DNA of 64,000 bases from Hydrolagus colliei (lineage: Eukaryota), in assembly GCA_035084275.1 (NCBI GenBank), contig CM068759.1, positions 5,270,001 to 5,334,000 of the forward strand, given 5' to 3'. The notes under the pieces are model-generated. The model ran no database searches. It was not told where the DNA came from and saw only the letters and a list, made by a program, of their open reading frames with translations. The translations under genes and the position numbers were made by a program. Below, piece by piece: positions 1 to 12,664 of the stretch. Numbering within the stretch: the stretch's first letter is position 1; every line of letters begins with the position of its first letter.

Positions 1-1019
1 GATGAAATCTTCTAGCTGCGGAGAGAGAATAATAAATCCATCTGAATCCATCTTAGGTTTCTAAAGCCAGATCGTGAAGAACTTGCAGCTTCAAACACCT
101 TTCACTAATACACCTCTGAGAGGAGCTAGTTTCAGCAGGCTTTGCTGAGATATGTTAGTATCAGGACTTTGCATCAAGGAAATCTCAATAGTTTGTGTTT
201 ACCATATTGGTGCAAAGCTACTTTTTGCCGAATTAAAATGCCTGCTCAGTATAGGTCAGGATGGGGGAAATCAGACGCAATACAAGGCAAACACTAGGAC
301 TAGAGCCTTACTCATGTGAAGTCTGACTTGTCCTGAGTGCATTTTTTTATCAGGACGATTCATAAATGTGGAACCGCTGCTTTAGTTGTAAATAAACGAT
401 GGACTCTTTTAGAAGGATTTTATCCCGTCTTGTTGTGGAAGTGTGAACGGTTCTCTTCAACTATCAGCAGTTTATGTTGGCATCAGAGTTTAATATACTG
501 TGATCTAACATTAGCGATTTATAATGGGATTTCCAAGTTATAAAGGTACAGCAGAATGATTCTTGTGATTGGCACTTGAAGACTTCTTGCTCTCTTGCCT
601 GCACTGAAGTCTGACAACAGAGTATAGGTTGAGACACATTATTGGGGAAGCTTTGAAGGAGCTTCTCAGCATGTGACATGGCGGTGCTGACACAGTTGGT
701 GGTGCTGACACAAGCTGACACAGTTTATCCTTTATGGTGCTTGTTATTTTAATCTATAGTAGAGTAACTTGAAGCTGGAATATGGATGGACCAAACTATA
801 GCACTTCTGTTTTGTCCATCAATTACTGACAACATAATACCATACTGTGGTTCATCTTAAAAACAGTAATAAACGTTTCCCGATGGGAAGGACATCCACC
901 AACATGTGTACAATGAACACTAACGTACTCTTGAATTAGATGTCAGTGTCCATTGAAGATGCTGGTATTTACACAGAATTTCCCCCCCCCCTACCTCCCC
1001 CACCTCCCATAATCCCCCT

Positions 1020-1135
1020 CATGTTTCGCCCTCAAAATACACAGTTAATTCACTTTGTAATACATTCTGTGAAGCACTTTAAGGCATCTCAATGATGTGA
1101 TAATAAATGCAGGAATTATTACCATTATTATTATA
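1020..1135 (+). mobile_element. SINE 3' half with L2-type tail (5'-truncated)
   Basis: tttcgccctcaaaatacacagttaattcacttt...ctgtgaagcacttt...aaatgcaggaattatt matches the tail repeated throughout the window. Confidence 0.75.
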
Positions 1136-1149
1136 TATATTCACAGTAG

Positions 1150-1465
1150 CCAAGGTTCAATCCTTCGTTTCAGATGAGCAGTGGAAACTGAGGTGAATGA
1201 GGACAAAATTCAGCCAGGATTTCCACTCCTATGGAATCAAGTGATGAACATTACTAGAAAGTGTACATTATGCATCTCAGACGGTGTTTGGATTGGTATG
1301 AGTTTTGTGTGGATCAACAGCCTTCCCACACTCAGTTTGATCTTAACTCAATTATTTCTCAATAGAACAAAAGTAAATAAATCAGCAGCCTTAGCGAACA
1401 GCGTGTGTCACAGCCATTTGTTACCATACCCGACATGACAGCGTTCTTCAGGAGAACGGGGTGGT
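1150..1465 (+). mobile_element. Ancient SINE relic, AmnSINE2-like
   Basis: B-box-like ggttcaatcc, then aaaattcagccaggatttccactcct, tcaacagccttcccacactcag and cagcgttcttcaggagaacgggg. These blocks are colinear with the AmnSINE2 consensus as I recall it. Confidence 0.5.
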
Positions 1466-1530
1466 TTAGACCGAGATTGTTCAATATCAATGATTTTCTG
1501 ATCATTTCATATCAATAAGCAATAACCAGA

Positions 1531-1670
1531 CATAGAATCATAGAATCATAGAATCATAGAATCATAGAATCATAGAATCATAGAATTTTACGGCACAAAA
1601 GGAGGCCATTCGGCCCATCTAGTCTGTGCCGGCTCTTTGAAAAGAGCGATTTTTTTCCCTATTCCCTATT
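1531..1670 (-). mobile_element. Young CR1 LINE 3' end with (ATTCTATG)7 tail
   Basis: Seven perfect catagaat units at 1531-1586, followed by ggaggccattcggcccatc, the typical reverse-complement CR1 3'UTR. Confidence 0.9.
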
Positions 1671-1689
1671 CATGACATTTCATGTGCAA

Positions 1690-1900
1690 TGGATCACAAG
1701 AAAGTGTGGGAAAAGTCCCTTCATCTAGCCCATTTGGCTTCATTCCACAAAACCAACCCTGCTACCTTTTTCGTAACAGCCACAAACTATGTGTTAAATG
1801 AGTCTATTGCTCTTCCTGGTAACCTATTCCAGTAGCTATTTAGTCTATGCAAATAAATACTTCCTGGTCTCCTCCATCCTATGCATATTTCAAAACACAG
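1690..1900 (-). mobile_element. Older CR1 3' fragment
   Basis: atcacaaga...cccattt...cctggtaacctattcca...aaatacttcctggt resembles the CR1 copies at 59560-59985 and 62697-62945. Confidence 0.55.
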
Positions 1901-2837
1901 CACTTGCAATTTATTTTGGTCAGCTGGGTGCGTGACGCATGCAGAAATCCATCAGAAGAATCCAAGCTAATCTGGGAGTTCCATGCATTCCATCTAAACA
2001 TGGAAATTCCAGAGATATTTGTTGGAATGGAAATGCGCACTCTCTCCCTGGAGTGTTGGCAAGAGTATGTCCATCCAGTCAGCAGAATATTGAACTGCCC
2101 AGGATTGTCACAGGCACCAGCTTTTTTTTTTAAAAAAAGAGTTGGTCCCACAGTCAGCTCTGGGAGAAGCCACCCGTTCGCCTTCTGAGACCCTACATGT
2201 GTGAAGGGCACTATATAAATACAAGTTCTCCTTGTTATTGTTATACCATTAAAAGACCACATGTCAAAAGAGTTTAAGTTTCCTCAATGTGATACGTACA
2301 TCAAGCTACCTGCTCTACATTGCTCTAATCCCCAAAGTAAAGTGACTTAGCTTCCTGCAGTATAAAACGCATGCCCTACAGTCGCCACAAGGGTCAGTTG
2401 TACAAAATTTAGATTTTTCCTATTGACTCGTACATAAAATAGTAAACTACATAAACACTTCCATCTGAGGAGTGTATTCACACTTCTATTCTACGCTGAA
2501 TGAAGCAATGCACATTAAGCCATGCGTTTAAGGGATATTCTTTGCCATGTCCAATGTCACAAAGGCAGTGCTTGAGAAATCATTTTGATGGCCATTAATA
2601 TTTTAAGATCGCCTAAAAATCGTCTAAAAATATAAAGGTAACTTTAGCCGAGGTTGGCCAGGAGTTAAATTAATCATGAAACAGTAGATTGCAAGAGTAG
2701 GATGTGCATCTGTGCTATTGTGATTGTGGGGCTCAAATCCATCTGTTGGATTGCCCACACACATGCAATGAAATTCATTACCAGTCTGCCTATTGCTGGA
2801 TGACATTCCATCATTCTAACGCTGATTCTCCTTGAAG

Positions 2838-3204
2838 ATAATAATAATGATAATCCTTGCATTTTATATGGCATTTTATTTATCACGTCTTTGAGACATC
2901 TCAAAGGGCATCACAAAATACACTGTAAAGTGAATTGTTTGTAGATTTTGTGGGTGAAGCGTGGCAGTCAATTGTGCACAGCTGTGTCCCAAGAATAGTC
3001 GTGGATTGAAGTGAGCAATTTTTTTTAAAAAAGGAATTATTACGCAAGAAAAACAATTCATCAATCGACTAACAACTGGATTCCTACTTACTGCTGGCTA
3101 AACAGAGCATGTGGAGTAAAGAAATTAGTCCAATATTTTGCACAGCTGGGAATTGAACCAAGGTTTCTCGCTTGCAAGGCGAATGCTCTAACCACTGAGC
3201 AACG
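2838..3204 (-). mobile_element. Full-length tRNA-Ala-headed CORE-like SINE with L2 tail
   Basis: Minus strand reads gctcagtggttagagc (A box), cttgcaag (TGC anticodon loop), ggttcaattcc (B box), CORE-like ctctgtttagccagcagtaagtagg, then the L2 tail with (tta)n. Confidence 0.85.
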
Positions 3205-3801
3205 GTGAATGCATGCCTTCCTGTTGACTATCTTACATCAGATCTGGACTCTTGGTAATGTGATGTGCTGGGGCCAACGTACGATCGATTTACAGATCCC
3301 GGTAGAAGACATGCTTACGTATTTTATTTCTTCAAAAAAAAATCCGACAACAAATGGAAACTAGATAGCATTACATCCCAATAGGTCTGGTTTGGCTTAG
3401 ACTTTGCACACGCTTAATTGGAGCTGCAAGATGTCTTCAGTTCTACGTGTCTGTTCCTCAGGCTGTCAGTCCCTGGCACTGGGGTGCTCATGGAACGGAG
3501 AGAGAAAAGGAAAGAGAGAGCGAGAGAGAGAAAAAGGAAAAAAGTTTTGAAATCCAACTAGGAAAAGAGAATTGTTTTAAAAAAAGTTACATCAAAAAGG
3601 AAGAGTCCAATAAAAACTTATTGGAACTGATTAAGCAGATTGATTGTTTTTGGCTTGAAGCTCCAGGCAGCTCAGTAAATAATTTACGAAACTTTGAAAG
3701 CAGCCTTGCACGGACATTGGAAGATCGAATGCTTACATTTATTGGGGAGTCAGAAATAGTCGGCAGTTCTTTAGGGAATGTGGGCCATTCTGGGTGCAAT
3801 G

Positions 3802-4135
3802 GTGTGTCAGACTGGCTCAGTGGTAACATTCTCGTCTCTGAGTCAGAAGGTTGTGGGCTCAGGCCCCATGTTGGGACATGGAATCACTCAATCTGAGCTG
3901 ATTCTCCTATACAGTTGCTGGGGTGTGTTTTATTGTCAGCAGTGCCATCCTTTGGATGAGGTGACAAACTGTCGGCTTGTTCGAGTTAAAGACCCTTTGG
4001 CACTATTTGAAAAGAGAAGGGAGTTTCTCCTGATGTTCTGGCCAACAATGCCCCCGGATAAATTAGTCACTCACTCCACGGTGCATTGCTGCGTGCGACT
4101 GACTTCTGCAAATTCGCCCACAAAACACATTGAGA
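3802..4135 (+). mobile_element. DeuSINE (SacSINE1-like), 3' end cut by a DNA transposon
   Basis: Head gtgtgtcagactggctcagtggta...tctgagtcagaaggttgtggg; Deu block gtgccatcctttggatgag...ggcactatttgaaaagag. Confidence 0.8.
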
Positions 4136-4137
4136 TA

Positions 4138-4920
4138 CAGTAAAACCTCGATAATCCGACATTCTGAAAGCCGGCAACTCCCTATAACCAGCAAGATTTC
4201 AAAATACATACAGTTTCCGATTTTTTTTCCGATGTCCGGTAAATCTCCCAAAGTTCGACACAGCTGCTTATAAAGTTCACGGAGCGTCGCCGCTCTGTCG
4301 AACCACGTAAACGCTTTCCTCTTTAATACACATTTACCTGAGATCCTATTTCCCAATAGTTGACTCTCTTCACTTCTCATATTCTGGGTGACTATCTGGC
4401 GGAGCACTGCAATTCATCTTCGGAGTGTAAACTGAGGAAGTGGGGCCTATCCTTGAACTCGACAACACATGTTTCTGGCGTCACTCCACGCATCAACTTG
4501 AATCGCACGTTATGATGTATCCTAAAGGGACCGAATGGCCTCTGTCTGTGCTGGAAACTCTCAGCGATTTTACGTGGCATTCACTGCGTGGCTTCCAGGG
4601 ATGTATCATCACTGCATCGCTTAAGCTAGGAAAAATAAACATAAGAAAGCGTTTTTCACTGCAGCGTCTGCCCAATCATCTTTCTTCCTTGTAATTGGAG
4701 AAAAAGTGTTTTCGTCCTTAACTGCTCCCTTTTTGTTTATCCTATAGGCAATCTCTGCACAATTCCCGAAACCCAGTCCATTCCCCAATCTAAATGCAAC
4801 ATGGAGATCTTGATATAGTGCGCTTCACGAGGAGTAGCATCTCGGAGTGCTTAAATACTTAACAAAGTTTTCCTACTTTGTGTCACTCGTCTTGTTTCGC
4901 TTACGCCGGTATAAAAATAA
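4138..4920 (-). mobile_element. Tigger/pogo-like DNA transposon remnant (one TIR seen)
   Basis: TA followed by CAGTAAAACCTCGATAATCCG, a Tigger-type TIR. The body is locally CpG-rich. The right boundary is estimated from composition only. Confidence 0.55.
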
Positions 4921-5859
4921 CAGAGTGCACTCTTACTTCCATTGTCTGAATTCACAAGCAGCATGGTTTACACAAAGGAAAGTACAGCCCCCACTGTTTG
5001 GAACAGTGTGTAGTGATGCATCACTGGAAAATTCAAATCCTGGCCCAGGAGCCGCTGAATGCAATAATATGCTGACAGACCTGCGCAAAATTGAGCATCT
5101 CTCTGTTAAAACCTAAAAGGACAAATTACTTTCCTGTAAACTTACTTGAAATCCAGCTTTAACGAAACCGCACTGATACTCAGACAAAGTATGAACCCCA
5201 TGGCACTGTGATGACTATGATTACTTAGCTCAGTCTACTAATGGATTTGATGTGCAGTTAATGAATTCATAAGAGTTGTATTGGACACGTACCAAGAACT
5301 CCTCAATGAATGTAATGTATCTGCTGTGTAAAATCTCATGCTGCATTATGTTACAGGGATCTGGGAGGGTGCTGTTTGATTATTAAGATTTATGGACCAC
5401 TGGAAGGAAGGTTTGTCTGTGCTTTATACCTTTAAAAACGCAATCGAAAGAAGGTTGAAAACAGCGAGGGGTAATAGGCACTCTTGAGCGAAGAGAGTAT
5501 GGAAATGGGTGACCGCTGAACGCATTCAAGAACAGGCATCATCAGCAATGCCATATGGCATCCAAAGACTGGGAGTCTGATTCTTTATGCTAAAGGATAC
5601 ATTGTAATCACTCTGCACTTTTAATTAGGGTAAAGGCTGTTCAATTTCCCTGAGAACAGGATACACAGGTTCTCTTTGTCCACCTGCAGTGGAAGCCGAG
5701 CTGGTCGTGAATCACGTCAGACATTAGATAGATTCAGCCAGCAGACGGGACTGGGACTGAGATTTCTTGTGCCCAGTCACTCTCTCTGGGGCCTGAGAGC
5801 AAATGTGTACAAGCAACTTGTAATGACAATTGTAAATTTTGCTCACAACAATAATAACA

Positions 5860-6035
5860 ATAGCTTTGCTCCACAAATATACCGTACGTTCTGTGAAATG
5901 CTTTGAGAAGTCTAGAAGACTTGAGAAGCACTATATCAAATCAAATTTAATATAGCGCCTTATCGCGTCTTCGAGATGTCTCAAAGTGCTTCACCGGATA
6001 TGCTTTAAAATGTAGTGACCGTATATTTTTGTAGT
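5860..6035. mobile_element. Two SINE tails fused tail-to-tail (+ 5860-5941, - 5942-6035)
   Basis: gctttgagaagtctagaagac...ctatatcaaat directly abuts atttaatatagcgcc...gagatgtctcaaagtgcttcac. Confidence 0.85.
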
Positions 6036-6199
6036 AATTCGGAGCATGTAGAGTGAATCTCAACAGTGCAAATTGCAGTGGTTCTACTGGCCTGGAGGAG
6101 AAGGGGTTCAGGCAGATTTCTTGTACTAATAACTTTACGATCACAGGTTTCTGATCTGATAAATGGTGTCATTATATTTTTTTTAAATTTAAATTTGCA

Positions 6200-6420
6200 C
6201 CATAGAATGTGAGCATTCAACCTATCAGATCAGTGCAGCTCCTGCCACAGTCCCAATAGAGCAACTGATTATAATCCCTTTGCCTGCTCTTTCCTATAAT
6301 CTTTGATATGATTTGCCCCCAAATGTATTTATCTAATTCCCCCATAAATGCTATTATGTGCTCAGCCATTTGTGGTAAAGCATTCCACATCCTAGCAGTG
6401 GTCTGTGCAAAAACAATTTC
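6200..6420 (-). mobile_element. CR1 3' fragment
   Basis: One catagaat tail unit; atttatctaattccc...gcattccacatccta...ctgtgcaaaaac is the reverse of the CR1 ORF2 FF..RVV..WN region. Confidence 0.65.
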
Positions 6421-6784
6421 GCGGGGATTTTCACATCACATCCCCATGAAAAGTACAGCGTGAACTTGGTATTGCCTTTAACTGGGCTCCCTCAGTGGCT
6501 CGGACAATAAGCTACACTGCACAGAAGTTCTTCAGATGTAACAATAAGTTTTTTTTACTTGAATGCTGGTCGAGTGCTCCCCATTGTCAGCAGGCAGCAT
6601 TCCTTGGGCTGCAGTACCAGATCAGTGACAAAATAAAATTCTGATGCCCTCAAGCCCAAAACAACCCGTCCGTGCACATTTTCAGTCTTTGGAAACAAAT
6701 ATCTTTGCTGCATTTCTGAGCACGGTTGCCAATTTGGTCACAAATTGTGGTAAATTTGTCTTGGTATCGCAAAGCTGCATGTTA

Positions 6785-7072
6785 TGCCACGTTAAACCGA
6801 GGTTCCTATCGTCTGCCTGGTTAGGTGGATGGATGTTAAAGATACCGCCGCACGGAGAGAAGGGAGAAAGGAGTTTCTTTCAGTGTCAACAGTTCCCCAG
6901 CTAAAATTGATCAGTCACTTCAAAGCTGGTTTGTGGGACATTGCTGTGCACAAATCAGCTGCGTTCACTTACAAGCTCACAGCCACTACACTTTATAGCC
7001 CCCCTTCTCTAATGCCTGTGAAGCCATCATGAGATGAAAGGTGCTTTATGAGATGCAAGGATTAATTATTCA
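6785..7072 (+). mobile_element. DeuSINE, 5'-truncated
   Basis: acgttaaaccgagg...gtctgcctg...ggatgttaaagat (Deu), tttgtgggacattgctgtgcacaaat, then the L2 tail. Confidence 0.8.
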
Positions 7073-8024
7073 TGATAATTTTTCATGTAATTTTGTGTAG
7101 AAAATTCAAGTGCCAATTATAGATATTATACCATATTTGAATAACAAACAATATTTGGTTTGGCCTGCAAGGTATTCAAGCATCATAAAGAAAAGCAACT
7201 TCTCATTACTCTGTTTATTGACATTTTTATTGACATATTTCCTTGGTATGATGTTAATTTGCTGAATTCAGAAATCTCATCAAATTCTACCAAGCATAGT
7301 TTGGGTACAATAGTGTGTTTCATTCATTGCACAAAAACTCTGTAATATGCATTTCGGGATCAAGTTCATATATGGCAGTGACCAGGAGTATTTTTTGAAT
7401 GCCCATATTGTAACTGTGCTCTGAACTCAAGCCTGCCTTATGTTTGATGTAATAATTATATACAGAAGAGTTTAACCACAACCCAAAATAATTCACGCTT
7501 TGAAGGTTTTCATTTTATCAGATGTAAGGTACCATGCCCTTATATTTTGGAACATAAAGTATTTTGTTTGATAAAATGTGTCCTTTTTCTGAAAATAAAG
7601 AAAGTTCTTCGTTAATCAGAAGCTTAAAGGAAAGTACCTTTTTTGATGCATGGCTCTGGTAGGATTCATTGCTGAGTGCTATCTGTACTTCCATAAGCTT
7701 TTTTTTTGGTCAGCCGGGTGCTTGACACATGCAGAAACCCATCACCATGCTTAAGAGTATCCAAACCAGATTGAGAACCCCACATTTGTATGCCGCTGGT
7801 AGAAATAGGGGACATTGAGAGTTCTGTTGGGTTTGAGGCCAAAATTAAGATGATTATCAGGTACAGATGATTATCTGGGAAGAGACAAGTCTCTTCCCAG
7901 AGCTTCCTGATACCCATTCGTCATTACATTTATGGCCCCAACCACATACAGTCAACTCTACAGTACTAAGTGAGATGCTATCAATGTCATTAGTGTAAAC
8001 ACAGGGGTACATGAAAGGAATTTC

Positions 8025-8185
8025 AGATTACAAGAGAAGAGCAGATGAAGACGGTCCTTCAGTTTATTTAATCTCAGTCATCCAGAACACCAACTATATC
8101 AAACTGTTTTAAATCCAGTGTCTGGGTTTTGTTGAACACTGGACCACAATTCCTGGTAATGAGTTCCAATGCATCACTCTTATTA
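8025..8185 (-). mobile_element. CR1 3' fragment (old family)
   Basis: gattacaagag...cagatgaagacggtccttc mirrors the CR1 3' end at 59940-59985. Confidence 0.5.
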
Positions 8186-11100
8186 ATTTTTATTAACGAC
8201 CTCAGCTCTATTGGGAAAATTTCTTCTTGTCCACACCTGGTAATGGGAACAGGTCAAAGAAAAACTGGGAGCTCAATGTGGAAAAGCAACCATAAAAATG
8301 GCTGTGAAGAAAACTCGGGTGTTCATGTGGTGATTTCTTGGAGGGGTCAATGTTGGCTGGAGTCAGTCTCCTCTTTTGCTTATGCTGTTTATTCTATGAG
8401 GATCCCCACGTCTCAATGGAGGCTGTTGTCTGATTATTTTACTGTTATTCATACTGAACTTTGCTCACTGAAATCAGGCGTGTGCATCTATCAATGCAAA
8501 ATGATCACAGGAGGTATAGTTCCATTGCACTTTCTCTGGCTAGACAAATGCCATGGGGACACGCAGTAAATTAATCAATTCATGACAGGGCCAAACAACA
8601 CTATTTCCATCACTGATTTACTGTTCACCAGCAGAATCTGTCTAAAAATTCGAGACGTCCAATCCAAAGGGAAGATTTGATGCACTGATGTCTTTCATGA
8701 ATATATTGAAATCATGTTGCCTTAATATCCACTTTCCCTTTTTGCAAGGAGAGTATACTTAGTACAGTGATCTGAACTGTGTGCAGTTCCACCCATAACT
8801 ACATGCATGTCAATTTAATCTCCTGCGTTCCATCATCAGTCATGGATAATATCACCAGTTGGAAAGCTACACTCTACCCAAATTATTTCAAATCATGTTA
8901 TATTGCGATGCAATGAATGCTAATTATTTTTAATAGGTAGAACCAGCAAATGTAGATACTGTGTACATACAGGATGAATAGAATGGCTGGTCTAAAACAT
9001 TTTCCATCAATTTCAAATGAATAGCATGTTTAGGGGTCAATTAAAAAAAAATTCTTGCTGTTGATATTCAGAAGACTACATTGCATCTGAACAAACTACA
9101 GTGCATTAAGTCAATGCTTATGCTTTTGTTTAGGAATTTGAGGGATTGTGTACTCAATGCAAGGTCCACACCAGCAATTGAATTCTCCCAGAGTCACTTA
9201 TGAATTGGAACGATTACCTGCAGGAATTCTTCTAACTGAATTCTCAAACAGCAGTCTATGAACACGCAGAAGGTTTTACGTCCACTCAGCCTAAGACTAA
9301 GTATCCCAACTGCAGAAAGCCTCAGAGATGGGAACATTTGTTCTGCATTATATGGCTTCCAACAGCAACTAAGTGCCTTAATTGCTGTTTTCAACAATGT
9401 GTATAATGACTGATACCTGCCACTGTATTCAGGGGGAAACATTTGGCTTCCTCTTTCTTGATATGTGCATTACCACGTGGCTCAGAATCCAATTTTCTCC
9501 CCGTCACTTATTATTGTAGTGATTTCCCCAGGAGAGGGTAAATTTCCCCACCAATGCCCTCCCTGAACATCCAGCTTTGAAAGAGTCAATTGCATTTCCC
9601 CTTTTTTTCCCTTATTATTCTCCACAGCGCTTGTGTAAAAGTAAGCCGCCTCTTTGATTTACAAATACTTTGCATTCTGTTCTTAATACTGTGATCCTCT
9701 GTTTGGAAGCTGAAATTTGGTATGCTTCCTTTCAGAATAAGCACTTCTGACAGCTTGAAATCCTGCCAGATAGTTAGGCAAAATAAATCAAGCTCAGATG
9801 TTTAGCTGGCTAAATAGTCCTTTTGGCCATCTATAAAAGAATTGTTGACGGATACATGGAAACTAATGACAAGGGCTCAGTTTAATATAAATTTCATATT
9901 GCTGAAATGTAAAATGTACCTTTCTTTTGGCATGTTGTCTATTAAAGCAGGAGATCACAGTTTTACATTTCCTAAAAATATATTGCATTTTTACCTTTGA
10001 ATTATGAAGAAGCCTATTTTCTTGATTATGCGAGGGTGCAGGAAAAACAGAGTGCAGGAAAAAGATAATGATACTGTAGAAAGTACTGTGGGTGCACATT
10101 GGGATTAATTTGGATTTCAGATTCAGAACACCAGCAATTTTGATTTTCACAATCCAGATGTGGATCCAATATCTATATTTAAAAATTATTTGCAGTTCAG
10201 TGTTTTTGTTTTAAAAAAGATTGAATAGGAAACACAGCTACTTAGACCACCAGGGATTTGAATACATACCCACCACTAGATTGCCAGTGAGTCAGACATA
10301 GGCCTAGATTGCCAAGGAAAACAGATGAATATCCATCACGGGTTGTCATGGAAAATGGACAAACACCAAATAAATCAGCATGATTACTTTTAGTACCACA
10401 AATAAAGCGTTATTGGAAGTGCACATAAGGACGCAATGCAGCAAATGTCTTCTTGTGCATCCAGATTTTCTAAAAGAAAAAGGGCCAAACTGAAATGGGT
10501 TAAAAAATTTAACATCTTTTGGGATTTGGTGCTACATACTGGAGGCAAGGAAAATGTGGTTAATTCAGTAAAAAAAAACTTAACAATGAAATCATGATTG
10601 GTGATTGTAACAATTTGGCCTATAATTTGTACCTCCTGTTTGAATAAATGAGTTACATATTAGCGACCATCATCAGTGCACCGTTATGCTGTTAATAGCG
10701 CTCTGAACTACAAAGCACATTCAAACCACATTCAATGAATCCATTGGCTTACTTTGTAACTACCTATAGCTCCTGCTCGCGGGCTTCCCCTTTCTTTGAC
10801 TTCTAATGATTCCCCACGGAAAGCGTCCACAATTTTCTCAACACATTCATCGACCGAATTAGAACAGTGCACCTAAGCTTTGCTTCTTGGTAGGCAGAAA
10901 GACAGCTCGCTGCTGTTTCACAACCCACCTTCCAAACGGTGTGTCTGCACCTTGTTTTTCCCAGTTTTACCTTTGTCTTGCCTTGACCTTCACAAGACTG
11001 GAGAAGTTCGCCCTCTATTGGAAACCTAAGTGCTAATGTTTGAATGGTAACTTGATGTTCAAAGTCAAGCCACTCTCTGAGCTTGGGGTTCACAGTTACT

Positions 11101-12664
11101 GGTGTAATATTTAAACATTACAGAAGTCTGATTTTGTTTCAGGTTGATAAAACGTAAGCTTCCAGACAGTGCAATGCGATCACTGATGGGGAAAAACCAC
11201 GGCTACTTTATTTGTTATTTTTTTGTGAAAGAAAACAACAAATAGCGTAGTCGATCTGTAAAATCCGATGTAGCTTCTTAAATGGAAATATTGACTTCAT
11301 TTCCCATTCTATTCTACGTGAGCCTTTTTAACATGGTGCGACTTCTCATTTGGATCATAGTATTTTTCATGGTAGCTGAGAAGCAGTTGACAGCCATACA
11401 CATCAGGATTTGTAATGGCTTCTGTCAGCTCCTGTGCTCAGAAGTCAATAAACTGCTTGGATCATTAAAACACACTGGGACATATTAGATGCAGGTTTCT
11501 ATAACACGCAGCTTTGTGCCTTTTGAAGTTGTATCACAAAAGTTCTTTGAAAGGGCATTTTATTTCAGCTTTTAACCCCTAGATGCCCATTTTGATGTAA
11601 CAGCCACCACCATTGCCATGTATGACGTAGTTGAAATTCTGCTCAAGTTTAATTCAACAATGAGATTCAACTTTACTGTAAATGCTAAATAATCAGATGT
11701 GGGGAAGCTGGAAATGATCAGCAGATTAATTTACAGCAAATTTCTTTATGTTGAGAGATCAAGATGTAGACAGTGCTTTGCTTATAAATGGTTGGGAGCA
11801 TTTAATGCTAGTAATAACAGATTTTGTGGCAGTGCAATTGGATGCACCATCGTTCCTGCCAGTTTGGATTCCCCACTGGCTGGTAATGGCTAACAGCAAT
11901 GCTTACTGCCAGTCAATACGAGTCAATTAAGCTCGCTGTGAAAGAGTAAAACAATGTGGAAATGGTTCAATGATATGCTTTTAGCATTAAACATTGGTAT
12001 ACTTGGTGCAGGTTGAAATTGGATTTAGTGCCACACAGCATTATACAGAAAAATGGTCATGGAAGCATAATCCGTTCCAATTACTCACGTGGCAAATGCT
12101 GAATATGATGATGATGATCAACCCGTGAGAAAAAGGCACCTTTCAAATCCTCCATGAATTACCTGTCTCATACTAAAAGCCAATGCCTAAGATACTTCAG
12201 GCTCAACTGACAACTCCTGAATGAAAGATATAAGGAACTGCAAACTGCACGAACATCTTGCTGTCATTTATACTAAAATACCACTTACCCTGAATGTGAC
12301 AGCACCCAACAACTTCTTTGCTACTGGCTGATTCCCGACACCTTCCTCTGATGAAGCAGCCAGTCTATCGTGCAGATATACACTAAATAAACCTGATGCA
12401 GACTCCCTTCCCCCAGCGCTGCATGAAAAGTGCCGTGTATGTCAACTCGAGACAAAGGGACTGAACCCAAGAATGGAGGGAATGTGAATTTACAGTTTGG
12501 CTGAGAGGCGGAGGAAAGAGACAAAAAGTTCCAGAATGATTCAGTGGCTTTCCAACCCACAAGGATGGCAGAAATGTCAAAGACATTTGAAGTTTTTTTT
12601 TTGTATCATGATGGGTGATTCTATTCTCTTGTAGATCTTGGACACTCTATTCCAGTTGAGCGAA

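Noticed and set aside
1531-1586. Regular 8-bp array as CRISPR-like or novel repeat
   Set aside because: No spacers; it is the canonical CR1 tail
3447-3896. 149-aa ORF
   Set aside because: Runs through a GA-rich tract and a SINE head; no recognisable domain
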